Shown here one piece after another: positions 56,068 to 64,000 of a stretch of 64,000 nt of DNA; the stretch's first letter is position 1, and every line of letters begins with the position of its first letter. A program made the position numbers and the translations under genes. The stretch comes from an uncultured Cryomorphaceae bacterium (GTDB taxonomy: Bacteria; Bacteroidota; Bacteroidia; Flavobacteriales; Schleiferiaceae): assembly GCA_913043005.1 (NCBI GenBank), contig CAJWKU010000004.1, positions 22,981 through 86,980 on the forward strand. The letters run 5' to 3'. The notes beneath the pieces were generated by a model. It was not told where the DNA came from, did no database searches, and worked only from the letters and a program-made list of their open reading frames with translations.

Positions 56068-57672
56068 TCACTTTAAAATAGGTCCTCCTAACAAGATATC
56101 TTTTGATGATTGAGATTTAAATTGCTCGAAATTTTTATTGAACTTTTTTGCAAGGTTAATGGAAATTCTGTCATACTCTTCAGGCTTTTTCCAGGATTTT
56201 TTTGGATCTAGTATACTTTCTGGAATATTACTGATAGTTTCAATTCGATTAAGCCCAAATATTTCGTCTTTTACATGCTTTGCATTTTCAAGAGACCCAT
56301 TTATCGCGTTTTCTATCATTATTCTAGTATACTTGAGAGGTATTCTGGATCCGACACCATAGCTTCCTCCGCTCCAGCCAGTATTAATTAACCAGACGTT
56401 TATTTCTTGGCCGTGCATTTTCGATTTGAGCCTTTCGGCGTATTTAGCAGGATGTAAAGGCATAAATGGTGCTCCAAAACAAGCTGAAAAAACAGCTTTT
56501 GGCTCTATAACACCTGCTTCTGTGCCAGCTACTTTAGCGGTATATCCTGACATAAAATGGTATGCCGCTTGATTTGGATTTAGCTTAGAAATCGGCGGTA
56601 AGACTCCGTATGCATCACATGTTAAAAAGAAAATGTGTTTTGGAGAATCACCTAACCCTAGAGCTAGATTATCAATATGATTTATGGGATATGAAACTCT
56701 AGTGTTGGGAGTGATGCTCGAATCCTTGTAAATAGGTCTATTTTGAGAATCAAGTTTTACATTTTCCAGGAGAGCGCCAGGTCTGATTGCTCTATATATA
56801 TCTGGTTCTTTCTCTTCAGATAGATTTATCACTTTTGCATAGCATCCACCTTCAAAATTAAATATACTTCCGTCTTCTGTCCACCCATGCTCATCATCAC
56901 CAATCAAAAAGCGTGATGGGTCTGTACTCAAAGTGGTTTTTCCAGTTCCTGATAGTCCAAAGAATAAAGCTGTCTTTCCGTCTTTTCCAATATTTGCCGA
57001 ACAATGCATGGGAAGAGTATCATGTTCAGTGGGAAGGATGAAATTGAGCGCAGAAAAAATCCCTTTTTTTATTTCCCCAGTGTATCCAGTTCCACCTATG
57101 ATTATCATTTTTTCGGAAAAACTTATGATTGCAAAATTTCCTTGACGAGTTCTGTCAGTTATTGGATCTGCATTGAATTCAGGAGCATGAAGAATTGTCC
57201 ACTCCGGTTTAAAGTTTGTTAGTGATTCTTCTTGCGGATTAATAAACATATTGCCAGAGAATAAGTTGTGCTCAGGAAACTCATTTACTATTCTCAATTT
57301 AAGTTGATGTCTCTTGTCCGTTCCGGCGATGGCATCTCTTATATATAGATGCTTTTTATCAAGATATTTGACAATCTTTTTTTTAAGGTTTAAAAAAGCA
57401 CTTGAGTCAAATGGTTTGTTTATGTCTCCCCACCAGATTTTATTTTCCGTATGTGCGTCTTTCACTATAAACCTATCTTCCGGTGATCTTCCAGTAAAAA
57501 CTCCTGTATTAATAGTTAAAACATTTTTGTTTGTCAGTCTTCCACGATTCAATCTAAGAGTTTCTTGTGTAAGAAATTGATGATCAGATTGATAGGATAT
57601 TTCAGGTTTGTCAAAGCCTAGGTTAGATAGCCATGACATAAGAGTGATGCTCTTATTAGAGTTATAGGACAT
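56068..57672 (-). CDS. pckA: Phosphoenolpyruvate carboxykinase (ATP)
   Basis: Characteristic stretches are FGLSGTGKTTLS, IGDDEHGW and NTGWSGG. The protein is 534 aa. Confidence 0.95.
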   Translation of the reverse strand: MSYNSNKSITLMSWLSNLGFDKPEISYQSDHQFLTQETLRLNRGRLTNKNVLTINTGVFTGRSPEDRFIVKDAHTENKIWWGDINKPFDSSAFLNLKKKIVKYLDKKHLYIRDAIAGTDKRHQLKLRIVNEFPEHNLFSGNMFINPQEESLTNFKPEWTILHAPEFNADPITDRTRQGNFAIISFSEKMIIIGGTGYTGEIKKGIFSALNFILPTEHDTLPMHCSANIGKDGKTALFFGLSGTGKTTLSTDPSRFLIGDDEHGWTEDGSIFNFEGGCYAKVINLSEEKEPDIYRAIRPGALLENVKLDSQNRPIYKDSSITPNTRVSYPINHIDNLALGLGDSPKHIFFLTCDAYGVLPPISKLNPNQAAYHFMSGYTAKVAGTEAGVIEPKAVFSACFGAPFMPLHPAKYAERLKSKMHGQEINVWLINTGWSGGSYGVGSRIPLKYTRIMIENAINGSLENAKHVKDEIFGLNRIETISNIPESILDPKKSWKKPEEYDRISINLAKKFNKNFEQFKSQSSKDILLGGPILK

Positions 57673-57695
57673 GAGATTTTTATCAAAGGTTATGG

Positions 57696-57703
57696 CAAAT
57701 TTA
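57696..57703 (-). promoter_or_regulatory. -7 box TAAATTTG for pckA
   Basis: The plus-strand caaattta is the reverse complement of TAaaTTTG. It lies 23 nt upstream of the pckA ATG. Confidence 0.4.
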
Positions 57704-57759
57704 AAATACCTTAGTGTCTCAGATTAACATCATATTATACAGTTTTCAACAGATTTAAA

Positions 57760-59103
57760 GTGATATCAATTATTATTCTCGGCGCAGGCCGAAGTACATC
57801 TTCCCTAATAGAATATTTAGCAACTCATTCGGATCATGTAAAGTGGACATTAACAGTGGTAGACATAGATAAAAATACCATAGATAGAAAATGCAATAGA
57901 TATAAGAATGTCAAAGGAGTTGCTGAAGATCTTAAAAATTCTCAAATTTTAGATAAATGGATTCAGTCAGGAGATATAATTGTTAGTATGTTGCCAGCTT
58001 TTATGCATCCTGTAGTGGCAAAACGATGTATAAATTATAGTAAACATATGGTAACTGCTTCATATGCCGGAGAGGAAATGAAGTCTTTAGATGCTAAGGT
58101 CAAGGAAAAAGACTTAATATTCATGAACGAATGTGGAGTAGACCCAGGTATAGACCACATGTCAACGATGGAAATTATAGAACGTTTACGTGATGACAAA
58201 TCTGAAATTCTATCTTATGAAAGCTTTACTGGAGGTATCCTTGCTCCTGAAAGTGCTAAAACGTTATGGAATTATAAATTCACATGGAATCCAAGAAATG
58301 TCGTCCTTGCAGGAGCAGGTTCAGCAGTCAAGTTTATTCAAGAGGGTTTATATAAGTTCATTCCTTACAATAAGGTGTTTAGACGTACAGAGTTTATTAA
58401 AATACCTGGTTATGGCCGTTTTGAAGGTTATGCTAACAGAGATTCATTGAAATATATATCAGAGTATGGCTTAGAGGGAATTCCTACGATGTTTAGAGGA
58501 ACTTTGAGAAGGCCTGGGTTTTGTCGTGCTTGGGATGTGTTTGTTAAGCTAGGAGCTACTGATGATTCTTATGAGATGGATAATGTTTCAAATATGACTC
58601 ATAGAAGTTTCATTAATTGTTTTTTGGCTTATCATCCAACAGATAGTGTTGAATTGAAACTTATGCACTACCTACAAATTCCGCAAGATTCCGAGGTAAT
58701 GAACATGTTAAACGACATAAACATATTAAGTGATGAGAAAGTAGGGCTTGAAAAAGGAACTCCAGCTAAAATACTTCAACACATGCTGGAAAAGAGGTGG
58801 ACAATGGGTCGAGGTGATATTGATATGCTCGTTATGTGGCACAGAGTTTACTTTAAAAAGAATAATTCCAAATACCGTCTTGAATCGTCAATGGTTGTGA
58901 AAGGGAAAAATAATGAAGACACAGCGATGGCTTTTACTGTAGGTTTGCCAGTAGCAATAGCAACAAGACTAGTTGCTCTAAATAAGATAAAGTCACGTGG
59001 AGTTCTTTTGCCAATGAAAAAGGAGCTTTATGGGCCTATACTTTCTGAATTATCAAAATGGGGAGTTCGCTTTGATGAAAGAGTTAATCAAGTAGAAGAT
59101 TAA
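57760..59103 (+). CDS. Saccharopine dehydrogenase family protein
   Basis: It has a Rossmann N-terminus (IIILGAGRSTSS) and the stretches ECGVDPGIDHM and YANRDSL. The start is GTG. Confidence 0.8.
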   Translation: MISIIILGAGRSTSSLIEYLATHSDHVKWTLTVVDIDKNTIDRKCNRYKNVKGVAEDLKNSQILDKWIQSGDIIVSMLPAFMHPVVAKRCINYSKHMVTASYAGEEMKSLDAKVKEKDLIFMNECGVDPGIDHMSTMEIIERLRDDKSEILSYESFTGGILAPESAKTLWNYKFTWNPRNVVLAGAGSAVKFIQEGLYKFIPYNKVFRRTEFIKIPGYGRFEGYANRDSLKYISEYGLEGIPTMFRGTLRRPGFCRAWDVFVKLGATDDSYEMDNVSNMTHRSFINCFLAYHPTDSVELKLMHYLQIPQDSEVMNMLNDINILSDEKVGLEKGTPAKILQHMLEKRWTMGRGDIDMLVMWHRVYFKKNNSKYRLESSMVVKGKNNEDTAMAFTVGLPVAIATRLVALNKIKSRGVLLPMKKELYGPILSELSKWGVRFDERVNQVED

Positions 59104-59618
59104 AGATTGTAAAGCTCAGCAGGAGCGCAAAGCTTTATTAGTTTTGATTTTTTATCAATACTGATCCAAAAATCATCAACTAATGGGATAAGAATAGGTT
59201 CTTCTTTATCCGGATGCTTTAAGGTGAGAATGCATTGGGCCGGTCTGTCCAGGACGTCTATAATTATCATTTCTCCTGGAAAAGCGCTGTCAACTGCCGT
59301 GAATCCAATAATTTCATGATAATAAAATTGATCAGAATTGAGCTCAGGTAATATTTCTTCTGGCAGGAATATAATCTTGCCTACAAGTTTTGAAGCATCC
59401 TGTTCAGAGGATATTCCATCTAGTCGAATAATGACCTCATTTTCTTTATGGCTTCGAATGGAGGAAATAAAATATGGGAGTGGTGAACCAGAGTCTTCTA
59501 AAAAAAGGACATCTAGAGAATTGTACTTCTCTGGATGATCAGAATCTATATGTAGGACAACGTCTCCTTTAAATCCATGCTTCTTTCGAATGTACCCAAG
59601 TTGGAAGTGTCCCTCCAT
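59100..59618 (-). CDS. rimM: 16S rRNA processing protein RimM
   Basis: It has LGYIRKKHGFKGDV and a PRC-barrel C-terminus. It starts 6 nt after the rpsP stop. Confidence 0.85.
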   Translation of the reverse strand: MEGHFQLGYIRKKHGFKGDVVLHIDSDHPEKYNSLDVLFLEDSGSPLPYFISSIRSHKENEVIIRLDGISSEQDASKLVGKIIFLPEEILPELNSDQFYYHEIIGFTAVDSAFPGEMIIIDVLDRPAQCILTLKHPDKEEPILIPLVDDFWISIDKKSKLIKLCAPAELYNL

Positions 59619-59624
59619 ATTTGT

Positions 59625-60398
59625 TTATTCTGTTTCTGGAGCAGCTTCTTCAGCTTTTTCCTCTGGAGCAGCTTCTTCAGCTTTTACTTCTGGAGCAGCT
59701 TCTTCAGCTTTTACTTCTGGAGCAGCTTCTTCAGCTTTTTCCTCTGGAGCAGCTTCTTCCGCTTTTACTTCTGGAGCAGCTTCTTCAGCATTTACTTCTG
59801 GAGCAGCTTCTTCAGCTTTTACTTCTGGAGCAGCTTCTTCAGCTTTTACTTCTGGAGCAGCTTCTTCAGCTTTTACTTCTGAAGCAGCTTCTTCAGCCGT
59901 TACTTCTGCAACAGTCTCTTCGGCTACCGGTTCTGGCTCGAGGGTGTTTTTAGCTGCAATATTAGCTGCTCTTTGATCTTTTACGGCAGACTCAGCCTTT
60001 AATCTTTCAACTCTTTCTTTTTTATCAGCGGAATTAATTGATTCTACCGTCTTATCAATACTCGCAGCTTTATCGACCATCCATTTTTCAAAACGATCTT
60101 CTGCTTGTTCTGGAGTCAAGGCTCCTTTACGAACTCCAATTAATAAATGTTTTTTCATCATTACACCTTTGTACTTCAAAATAGCTCTTGCCGTATCTGA
60201 AGGAACTGCACCTTTCATAATCCAATCCAGTGTACGATCAAAATCTAGACGAATCGTCGCAGGATTGGTATTTGGATTATATTGGCCTAAATTCTCAATG
60301 TTGCGACCATCTCTTTTTGATCTTGAGTCAGCAGCTACGATGGTGTAAATTGGGCGGCCTTTACGACCGTGTCTTTGAAGGCGAATTCTTGTTGCCAT
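59625..60398 (-). CDS. rpsP: 30S ribosomal protein S16 with long repeat-containing C-terminal extension
   Basis: The N-terminal S16 core is MATRIRLQRHGRKGRPIYTIVAADSRSKRDGRNIENLGQYNP. About 170 extra residues follow, ending in AEEAAPEVK-type repeats. Confidence 0.92.
   Translation of the reverse strand: MATRIRLQRHGRKGRPIYTIVAADSRSKRDGRNIENLGQYNPNTNPATIRLDFDRTLDWIMKGAVPSDTARAILKYKGVMMKKHLLIGVRKGALTPEQAEDRFEKWMVDKAASIDKTVESINSADKKERVERLKAESAVKDQRAANIAAKNTLEPEPVAEETVAEVTAEEAASEVKAEEAAPEVKAEEAAPEVKAEEAAPEVNAEEAAPEVKAEEAAPEEKAEEAAPEVKAEEAAPEVKAEEAAPEEKAEEAAPETE
59635..59904. repeat. Ten tandem copies of a 27-bp unit (tctggagcagcttcttcagcttttact) inside rpsP
   Basis: I counted units by eye starting at 59635, 59662, 59689, 59716, 59743, 59770, 59797, 59824, 59851 and 59878. 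Each differs from the consensus at 0-3 positions. A degenerate 11th copy follows, ending near 59931. Confidence 0.9.
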
Positions 60399-60447
60399 AG
60401 TTTAATTGTTTAAAAAGGGTCCGAAACCCGGTTAATTAATAAGTCCG

Positions 60448-60455
60448 CAAATGTA
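60448..60455 (-). promoter_or_regulatory. -7 box TACATTTG for rpsP-rimM
   Basis: The plus-strand caaatgta is the reverse complement of TAcaTTTG. It lies about 49 nt upstream of the rpsP ATG. Confidence 0.45.
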
Positions 60456-60480
60456 ATACTAATTGATCTAAAAAAAATAG

Positions 60481-61479
60481 TTAGAGAAATTTATTCTCGT
60501 TCATCCAGTCATCGTTATAAATCTTATTTATATATCGACTTCCATGGTCATGAAATAGCACTACAGAAATAGCTTCTTTGGGCAATAGGTGTTTTAACTG
60601 TCTGAGTCCTTGGAATGCTGAGCCGCAGCTGTACCCGAGAAGCAAACCCTCTTTTCTGGCCAATTCTCGTGCAGCTAGAGCTCCATCTTTATCAGTAACT
60701 TTTTCAAATTTATCGATAAGATCAAATTCCACATTTTTAGGGATTATATCTTCTCCAATACCTTCAGTTATGTAACTGTAAATTTCTGTTTTATCAAACT
60801 CTCCAGTCTCGTGAAATTTCTTAAAAACCGAACCATAAGAATCTATGCCCCAAATCTGAATGTTAGGATTTTTCTCTTTTAAATATTTCGCTACTCCTGA
60901 AATGGTGCCACCTGTACCAACTCCAACAACAAAATGTGTGATTTTACCTTCAGTTTGATCCCATATTTCAGGACCTGTTGATTCATAATGCGCCTGCCTA
61001 TTACTTAGGTTGTCATACTGGTTTGGAAAATAGCTATTCGGAATATCGTCATTTAGTCTTTTAGCCACAGAGTAATAAGACTCAGGGTGATCAGGTGAAA
61101 CATTAGTAGGACATACATGAATTTCTGCACCCAATGCTTTTAAAACATCTATTTTTTCTTTGGATTGTTTATCACTCAAGGTACAAATCAAACTGTAGCC
61201 TTTTATTATTGCTGCTAAAGCCAATCCCATTCCCGTATTGCCGGAAGTACACTCGATAATAGTTCCACCCGGTTTCAATAGCCCGTTTACCTCAGCATCT
61301 TCAATCATTTTCAAAGCCATTCTGTCTTTTGTACTATGTCCAGGATTGAAATATTCTACTTTAGCTAAAACGCGACCTGGAATATCTTTGGCAATCTTGT
61401 TCAACTCGATCATGGGAGTATTTCCTATGGTTTCAAGTATATTAGAAAATACAGGAGGGTTGGAATGCTTTTTATTCAT
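60481..61479 (-). CDS. PLP-dependent cysteine synthase / cystathionine beta-synthase family enzyme
   Basis: Characteristic stretches are IGNTPMIEL, EYFNPGHSTKDR (PLP lysine), TSGNTGMGLA and GVGTGGTISG. Confidence 0.85.
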   Translation of the reverse strand: MNKKHSNPPVFSNILETIGNTPMIELNKIAKDIPGRVLAKVEYFNPGHSTKDRMALKMIEDAEVNGLLKPGGTIIECTSGNTGMGLALAAIIKGYSLICTLSDKQSKEKIDVLKALGAEIHVCPTNVSPDHPESYYSVAKRLNDDIPNSYFPNQYDNLSNRQAHYESTGPEIWDQTEGKITHFVVGVGTGGTISGVAKYLKEKNPNIQIWGIDSYGSVFKKFHETGEFDKTEIYSYITEGIGEDIIPKNVEFDLIDKFEKVTDKDGALAARELARKEGLLLGYSCGSAFQGLRQLKHLLPKEAISVVLFHDHGSRYINKIYNDDWMNENKFL

Positions 61480-61483
61480 GGCC

Positions 61484-61491
61484 CAAATATA
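61484..61491 (-). promoter_or_regulatory. -7 box TATATTTG, 4 nt upstream of the cysteine-synthase-family ATG
   Basis: The minus strand reads TATATTTGGGCCATG. Confidence 0.4.
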
Positions 61492-61510
61492 GGTCTCAAT
61501 TCATAGTAAA

Positions 61511-61981
61511 TTAACCTTGATATGGCGTGGGTCGCTTGGCTTTTACAGCATCTTTTTTGAGCAGAATTTCTTTTGTCAAAAGGTCCTGAATTTTGATTGA
61601 CTTAAGACTATGAACGGTGTCGTTACGCACACCAACAAGTGCATCTTGAAGAGAACATTTATCAGGGGTTAAACACTCTTTACATGATTCATAAAAACGA
61701 TGAGAAGCACACGGTAAAAGGGCAATAGGTCCTTCTAAGATTCGAACGATGTCTGCCAAGGATATCGAATCTAAGTCTTTATTAATACTATATCCACCGG
61801 ACCTTCCTTTTTTACTTCTTACAATACCTTCATGTCGGAGTTCAGATAGAATTTTCTCAAGGAATTTCCTTGATATTTTTAATGACTCTGTTATTTCGGT
61901 TATTGGTGTCAGCTTTTCACTTTTCTTTCTTGCAATAAAAAGTAAAGATTGAATTCCATAGTATGTTTTTCGATTCAACAT
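61511..61981 (-). CDS. Rrf2 family transcriptional regulator
   Basis: The N-terminus YGIQSLLFIA is followed by a winged helix (SRKFLEKILSELRHEGIVRSKKGRSGGY). A Cys-rich segment follows: PCASHRFYESCKECLTPDKCS. Confidence 0.85.
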   Translation of the reverse strand: MLNRKTYYGIQSLLFIARKKSEKLTPITEITESLKISRKFLEKILSELRHEGIVRSKKGRSGGYSINKDLDSISLADIVRILEGPIALLPCASHRFYESCKECLTPDKCSLQDALVGVRNDTVHSLKSIKIQDLLTKEILLKKDAVKAKRPTPYQG

Positions 61982-61988
61982 GGAAAAG

Positions 61989-62780
61989 TCAATTTTTGTA
62001 AATAGCCGTTAACACATAAGCAAGTCTTACTCCAGCCAAATAAAGTCTAAGGTTTAGTGTCTCGATATGATTGTAATTGTAATCATATCCCAAAGAAATG
62101 GAATTCTCATCAGGGTAGAGGCCAGTCATTCTTATTTCTTTAGATTCCAATGCCCATTCGCGGACATTCGAATTCTGGTAAATTTCAATATTATCGTCAC
62201 CAATATGATTAATCCAGTTGGTATATTCAGTATATGATAGGTCCTGATAATCTATGATCTCTGAATCCCAAATCCTGTGTAGGTTGCTATTTTTTTCAAA
62301 CCATTTAATTTTTAAATCATTGCCCCCACGATCTTCCCCATTACCCACGTGAAGGGGTTGGTGAATATCTCCTATGAGATGAGTAAGCATACGAATAGCC
62401 ATTCTTTCGTCGCCATCTGTGAAATTTTTCGATGATAATTCTCTAATCAGTCTCTCGATGGTAATTATCACATCACCATTTTTGGCTTCCTCAGTTCCGT
62501 CTTCATAGGTTGTTTTATTATCAGCAATAGTACAATAGTGCCATGCGTACATGTGATCAAATGAATCATTAGACTTAATATGATCCATCCAGGTAGAACA
62601 CATTGCTAACGACTCTCCTTGAAGGATTTTATCAATCTTTTTCAAAACTTTTGGATCTAAATGCCTTTGCGCAATTTCTCCAATAATTCTGTGTCCTTTA
62701 GCTCCCCAAGCGAAAACATTACTCGAAAATAGAGCACAGGCAACAATTAGAATTATTATTTTCACAAAGGGTTTTTCCAT
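61989..62780 (-). CDS. S1/P1 nuclease family protein, exported
   Basis: It has a signal peptide followed by WGAKGHRIIGEIAQ, WMDHIK, WHY, IGDIHQPLHVG and NLHRIWD. Confidence 0.85.
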   Translation of the reverse strand: MEKPFVKIIILIVACALFSSNVFAWGAKGHRIIGEIAQRHLDPKVLKKIDKILQGESLAMCSTWMDHIKSNDSFDHMYAWHYCTIADNKTTYEDGTEEAKNGDVIITIERLIRELSSKNFTDGDERMAIRMLTHLIGDIHQPLHVGNGEDRGGNDLKIKWFEKNSNLHRIWDSEIIDYQDLSYTEYTNWINHIGDDNIEIYQNSNVREWALESKEIRMTGLYPDENSISLGYDYNYNHIETLNLRLYLAGVRLAYVLTAIYKN

Positions 62781-62843
62781 AATTAAGTCTTAATAACTGG
62801 AATCAATTTCAAATATACATATAGCAACTGCTCACTATCTTGG

Positions 62844-62851
62844 TACCTTTG
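62844..62851 (+). promoter_or_regulatory. -7 box TACCTTTG for the acetyltransferase gene
   Basis: It is an exact TAnnTTTG match 19 nt upstream of the ATG at 62871. Confidence 0.45.
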
Positions 62852-62870
62852 AAATTAAATAAAAAACATC

Positions 62871-63440
62871 ATGTCCTTCAAGGCGCATCCTACAGCTGAA
62901 ATTGACGAGCCCTGCAAAATAGGCGATGGCACTATGATATGGCATTTCTCCCATGTCATGAAAAATTCGACTATTGGTGAAAACTGTAATATCGGGCAGA
63001 ACGTTCTTGTCTCTAGTGAAGTTATTTTAGGTAAAAATGTTAAGGTTCAAAATAATGTTAGCATTTATTCTGGGGTTACATGCGATGATGATGTTTTTCT
63101 TGGACCATCATGCGTCTTTACTAATGTTACAAATCCAAGATCTGCCATTATAAGACGCGGTCAATATGAAAAAACACATATTGGTAGGGGAGCCACTATT
63201 GGAGCAAATGCAACAATCGTATGCGGGCATGACATCGGTAAATTCGCTTTTATTGGCGCCGGTGCTGTGGTAACTAAAAATGTTGCTGATTATGCTTTGG
63301 TAGTGGGAAATCCATCAAGGCAAATCGGATGGATGAGTGAGTATGGACATAAACTTGAGTTCAATTTAAAAGGGGAGGCAACCTGTCCTGAGGGGAAAGA
63401 GTTTTATCTGCTTGCAGATAATAAGGTTCAGAAAAAATAG
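62871..63440 (+). CDS. Left-handed beta-helix (hexapeptide) sugar N-acetyltransferase, WbpD/WlbB-like
   Basis: The sequence has hexapeptide repeats throughout ([37 protein letters not shown]). The protein is 189 aa and the C-terminus reads [15 protein letters not shown]. Confidence 0.7.
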   Translation: MSFKAHPTAEIDEPCKIGDGTMIWHFSHVMKNSTIGENCNIGQNVLVSSEVILGKNVKVQNNVSIYSGVTCDDDVFLGPSCVFTNVTNPRSAIIRRGQYEKTHIGRGATIGANATIVCGHDIGKFAFIGAGAVVTKNVADYALVVGNPSRQIGWMSEYGHKLEFNLKGEATCPEGKEFYLLADNKVQKK

Positions 63441-63469
63441 AATTTATTAATCACATATAATCACAAGTA

Positions 63470-64000
63470 TTGAGACATTTAAACGCATCAAGTAGTAGCG
63501 AATTAGATTTCATCAGAGAATCTGCTAGAGACTTCGCTAAAAAACATATTCTATCAAATGTTATGGAGTGGGATGAAGCCCAACACTTCCCTGTGGATAT
63601 ATTTAAAAAAATGGGTGAGCTGGGTTTTATGGGTGTACTCGTTCCAGAGTCTTATGGTGGTTCATCCATGGGGTATGCTGAGTATATCACAATCATCGAT
63701 GAAATTTCTCAAGTTTGTGGGTCAATTGGTTTATCCGTTGCCGCGCACAATTCTTTATGCACTCAGCATATTGCTCAATTCGGAAACGAAGAACAAAAAT
63801 CTAAATGGCTACCTAAACTTGCAAGTGCTGAATGGATTGGTGCATGGGGTCTTACTGAAACAGGAACAGGCTCAGATGCTGGAGGTATGAATACAACCGC
63901 TGTTAAAGATGGAGACTCTTGGATCTTGAACGGCTCAAAGAATTTTATAACTCATGCTATATCTGGTGATATAGCAGTAGTTATTGTAAGGACTGGAAAA
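63470..64000 (+). CDS. Acyl-CoA dehydrogenase, N-terminal fragment running off the window (absent from the ORF track)
   Basis: My manual translation from the TTG at 63470 is (M)[63 protein letters not shown]...[16 protein letters not shown]...[16 protein letters not shown]. An in-frame stop lies at 63458-63460. There is no ATG before the conserved region, so the start is TTG or unclear. Confidence 0.85.
   Translation, partial: MRHLNASSSSELDFIRESARDFAKKHILSNVMEWDEAQHFPVDIFKKMGELGFMGVLVPESYGGSSMGYAEYITIIDEISQVCGSIGLSVAAHNSLCTQHIAQFGNEEQKSKWLPKLASAEWIGAWGLTETGTGSDAGGMNTTAVKDGDSWILNGSKNFITHAISGDIAVVIVRTGK

Noticed and set aside
59577-59976. Three plus-strand ORFs (59577..59882, 59590..59976, 59621..59953) with repetitive SSFFSF, GAASSAF and EQLLQLL translations.
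   Set aside because: They are the antisense frames of the 27-bp tandem repeat inside rpsP. A repeat that lacks stop codons is open in every frame. The minus-strand frame continues a bona fide S16 N-terminal domain.
60399-60447. A small GGGT-loop-ACCC hairpin followed by a T-run in the rpsP 5' UTR, considered as a possible attenuator.
   Set aside because: The stem is only 4 bp with a 5-nt loop, which is too weak to call without conservation data.
63558-63890. A 110-aa plus-strand ORF ([13 protein letters not shown]...).
   Set aside because: It is an out-of-frame shadow of an obvious acyl-CoA dehydrogenase reading frame (63470..64000). The track omitted that frame because it has no ATG start and runs off the window.
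1-64000. I looked for CRISPR arrays, IS elements or transposases, integrases next to the tRNA genes, phage genes, long inverted or direct repeats, and compositionally odd islands.
   Set aside because: None were seen. The only tandem repeat is inside rpsP. The tRNA genes are flanked by core genes (trxA cassette, msrB, aroK) with no att-like duplications that I could spot. No gene has a mobile-element signature. A computational repeat and GC-skew scan would be needed to be certain.

Overview
This 64-kb window looks like a very compact, low-GC chromosomal segment from a Bacteroidota genome, probably Flavobacteriia. Supporting signs are T9SS-type C-terminal sorting tails, TAnnTTTG '-7' promoter boxes, a fused E1 alpha/beta ketoacid dehydrogenase, a long NusB, an extended S16, BshC, and DUF1573/DUF4294/DUF2911-like proteins.

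I support about 67 protein genes, two of them truncated by the window edges, and 4 tRNAs: Asp-GTC, Val-TAC, Leu-GAG and Lys-TTT. By my own tally of the gaps between called features, only about 2.5 kb (about 4%) is intergenic. Many neighbouring genes share start or stop nucleotides.

The content is almost entirely housekeeping:
- Replication, translation and RNA modification: dnaE, mnmA, trmD-rplS, rpsP-rimM, rlmD, an RluA-family gene, nusB.
- Central and amino-acid metabolism: aroC, aroK, guaA, pckA, rocD, pepD, accC, hutI/hutG/ftcD-like, saccharopine dehydrogenase, a cysteine-synthase family gene.
- Envelope: two TonB-dependent-type barrels, an OmpA protein, an FtsX/LolE-like permease, an M23 peptidase, an S8 peptidase.
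- Carotenoid tailoring: a CrtA-like gene, crtZ, a lycopene cyclase domain gene.

I saw no CRISPR array, IS or transposase, integrase, prophage, or recognisable defence island. I cannot point to a convincing new multi-gene system.

The items most worth a second look are:
1. A 43-codon DUF2256-like zinc-ribbon gene missed by the ORF track. It overlaps the stop of a photolyase-homology gene whose domain order looks permuted.
2. An intradiol-dioxygenase-like protein carrying both a twin-arginine signal and a T9SS sorting tail.
3. Ten near-perfect 27-bp tandem repeats encoding the acidic tail of ribosomal protein S16.
4. TAnnTTTG boxes only 4-6 nt from the ATG of several core genes, suggesting leaderless mRNAs.
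5. A stand-alone trxA-linked GDP-heptose cassette with a GmhB/HddC fusion.
6. A translationally coupled M23 / CarboxypepD_reg / plug-barrel / 77-aa envelope operon.

All functional calls come from reading the translations by eye. No database search was run.
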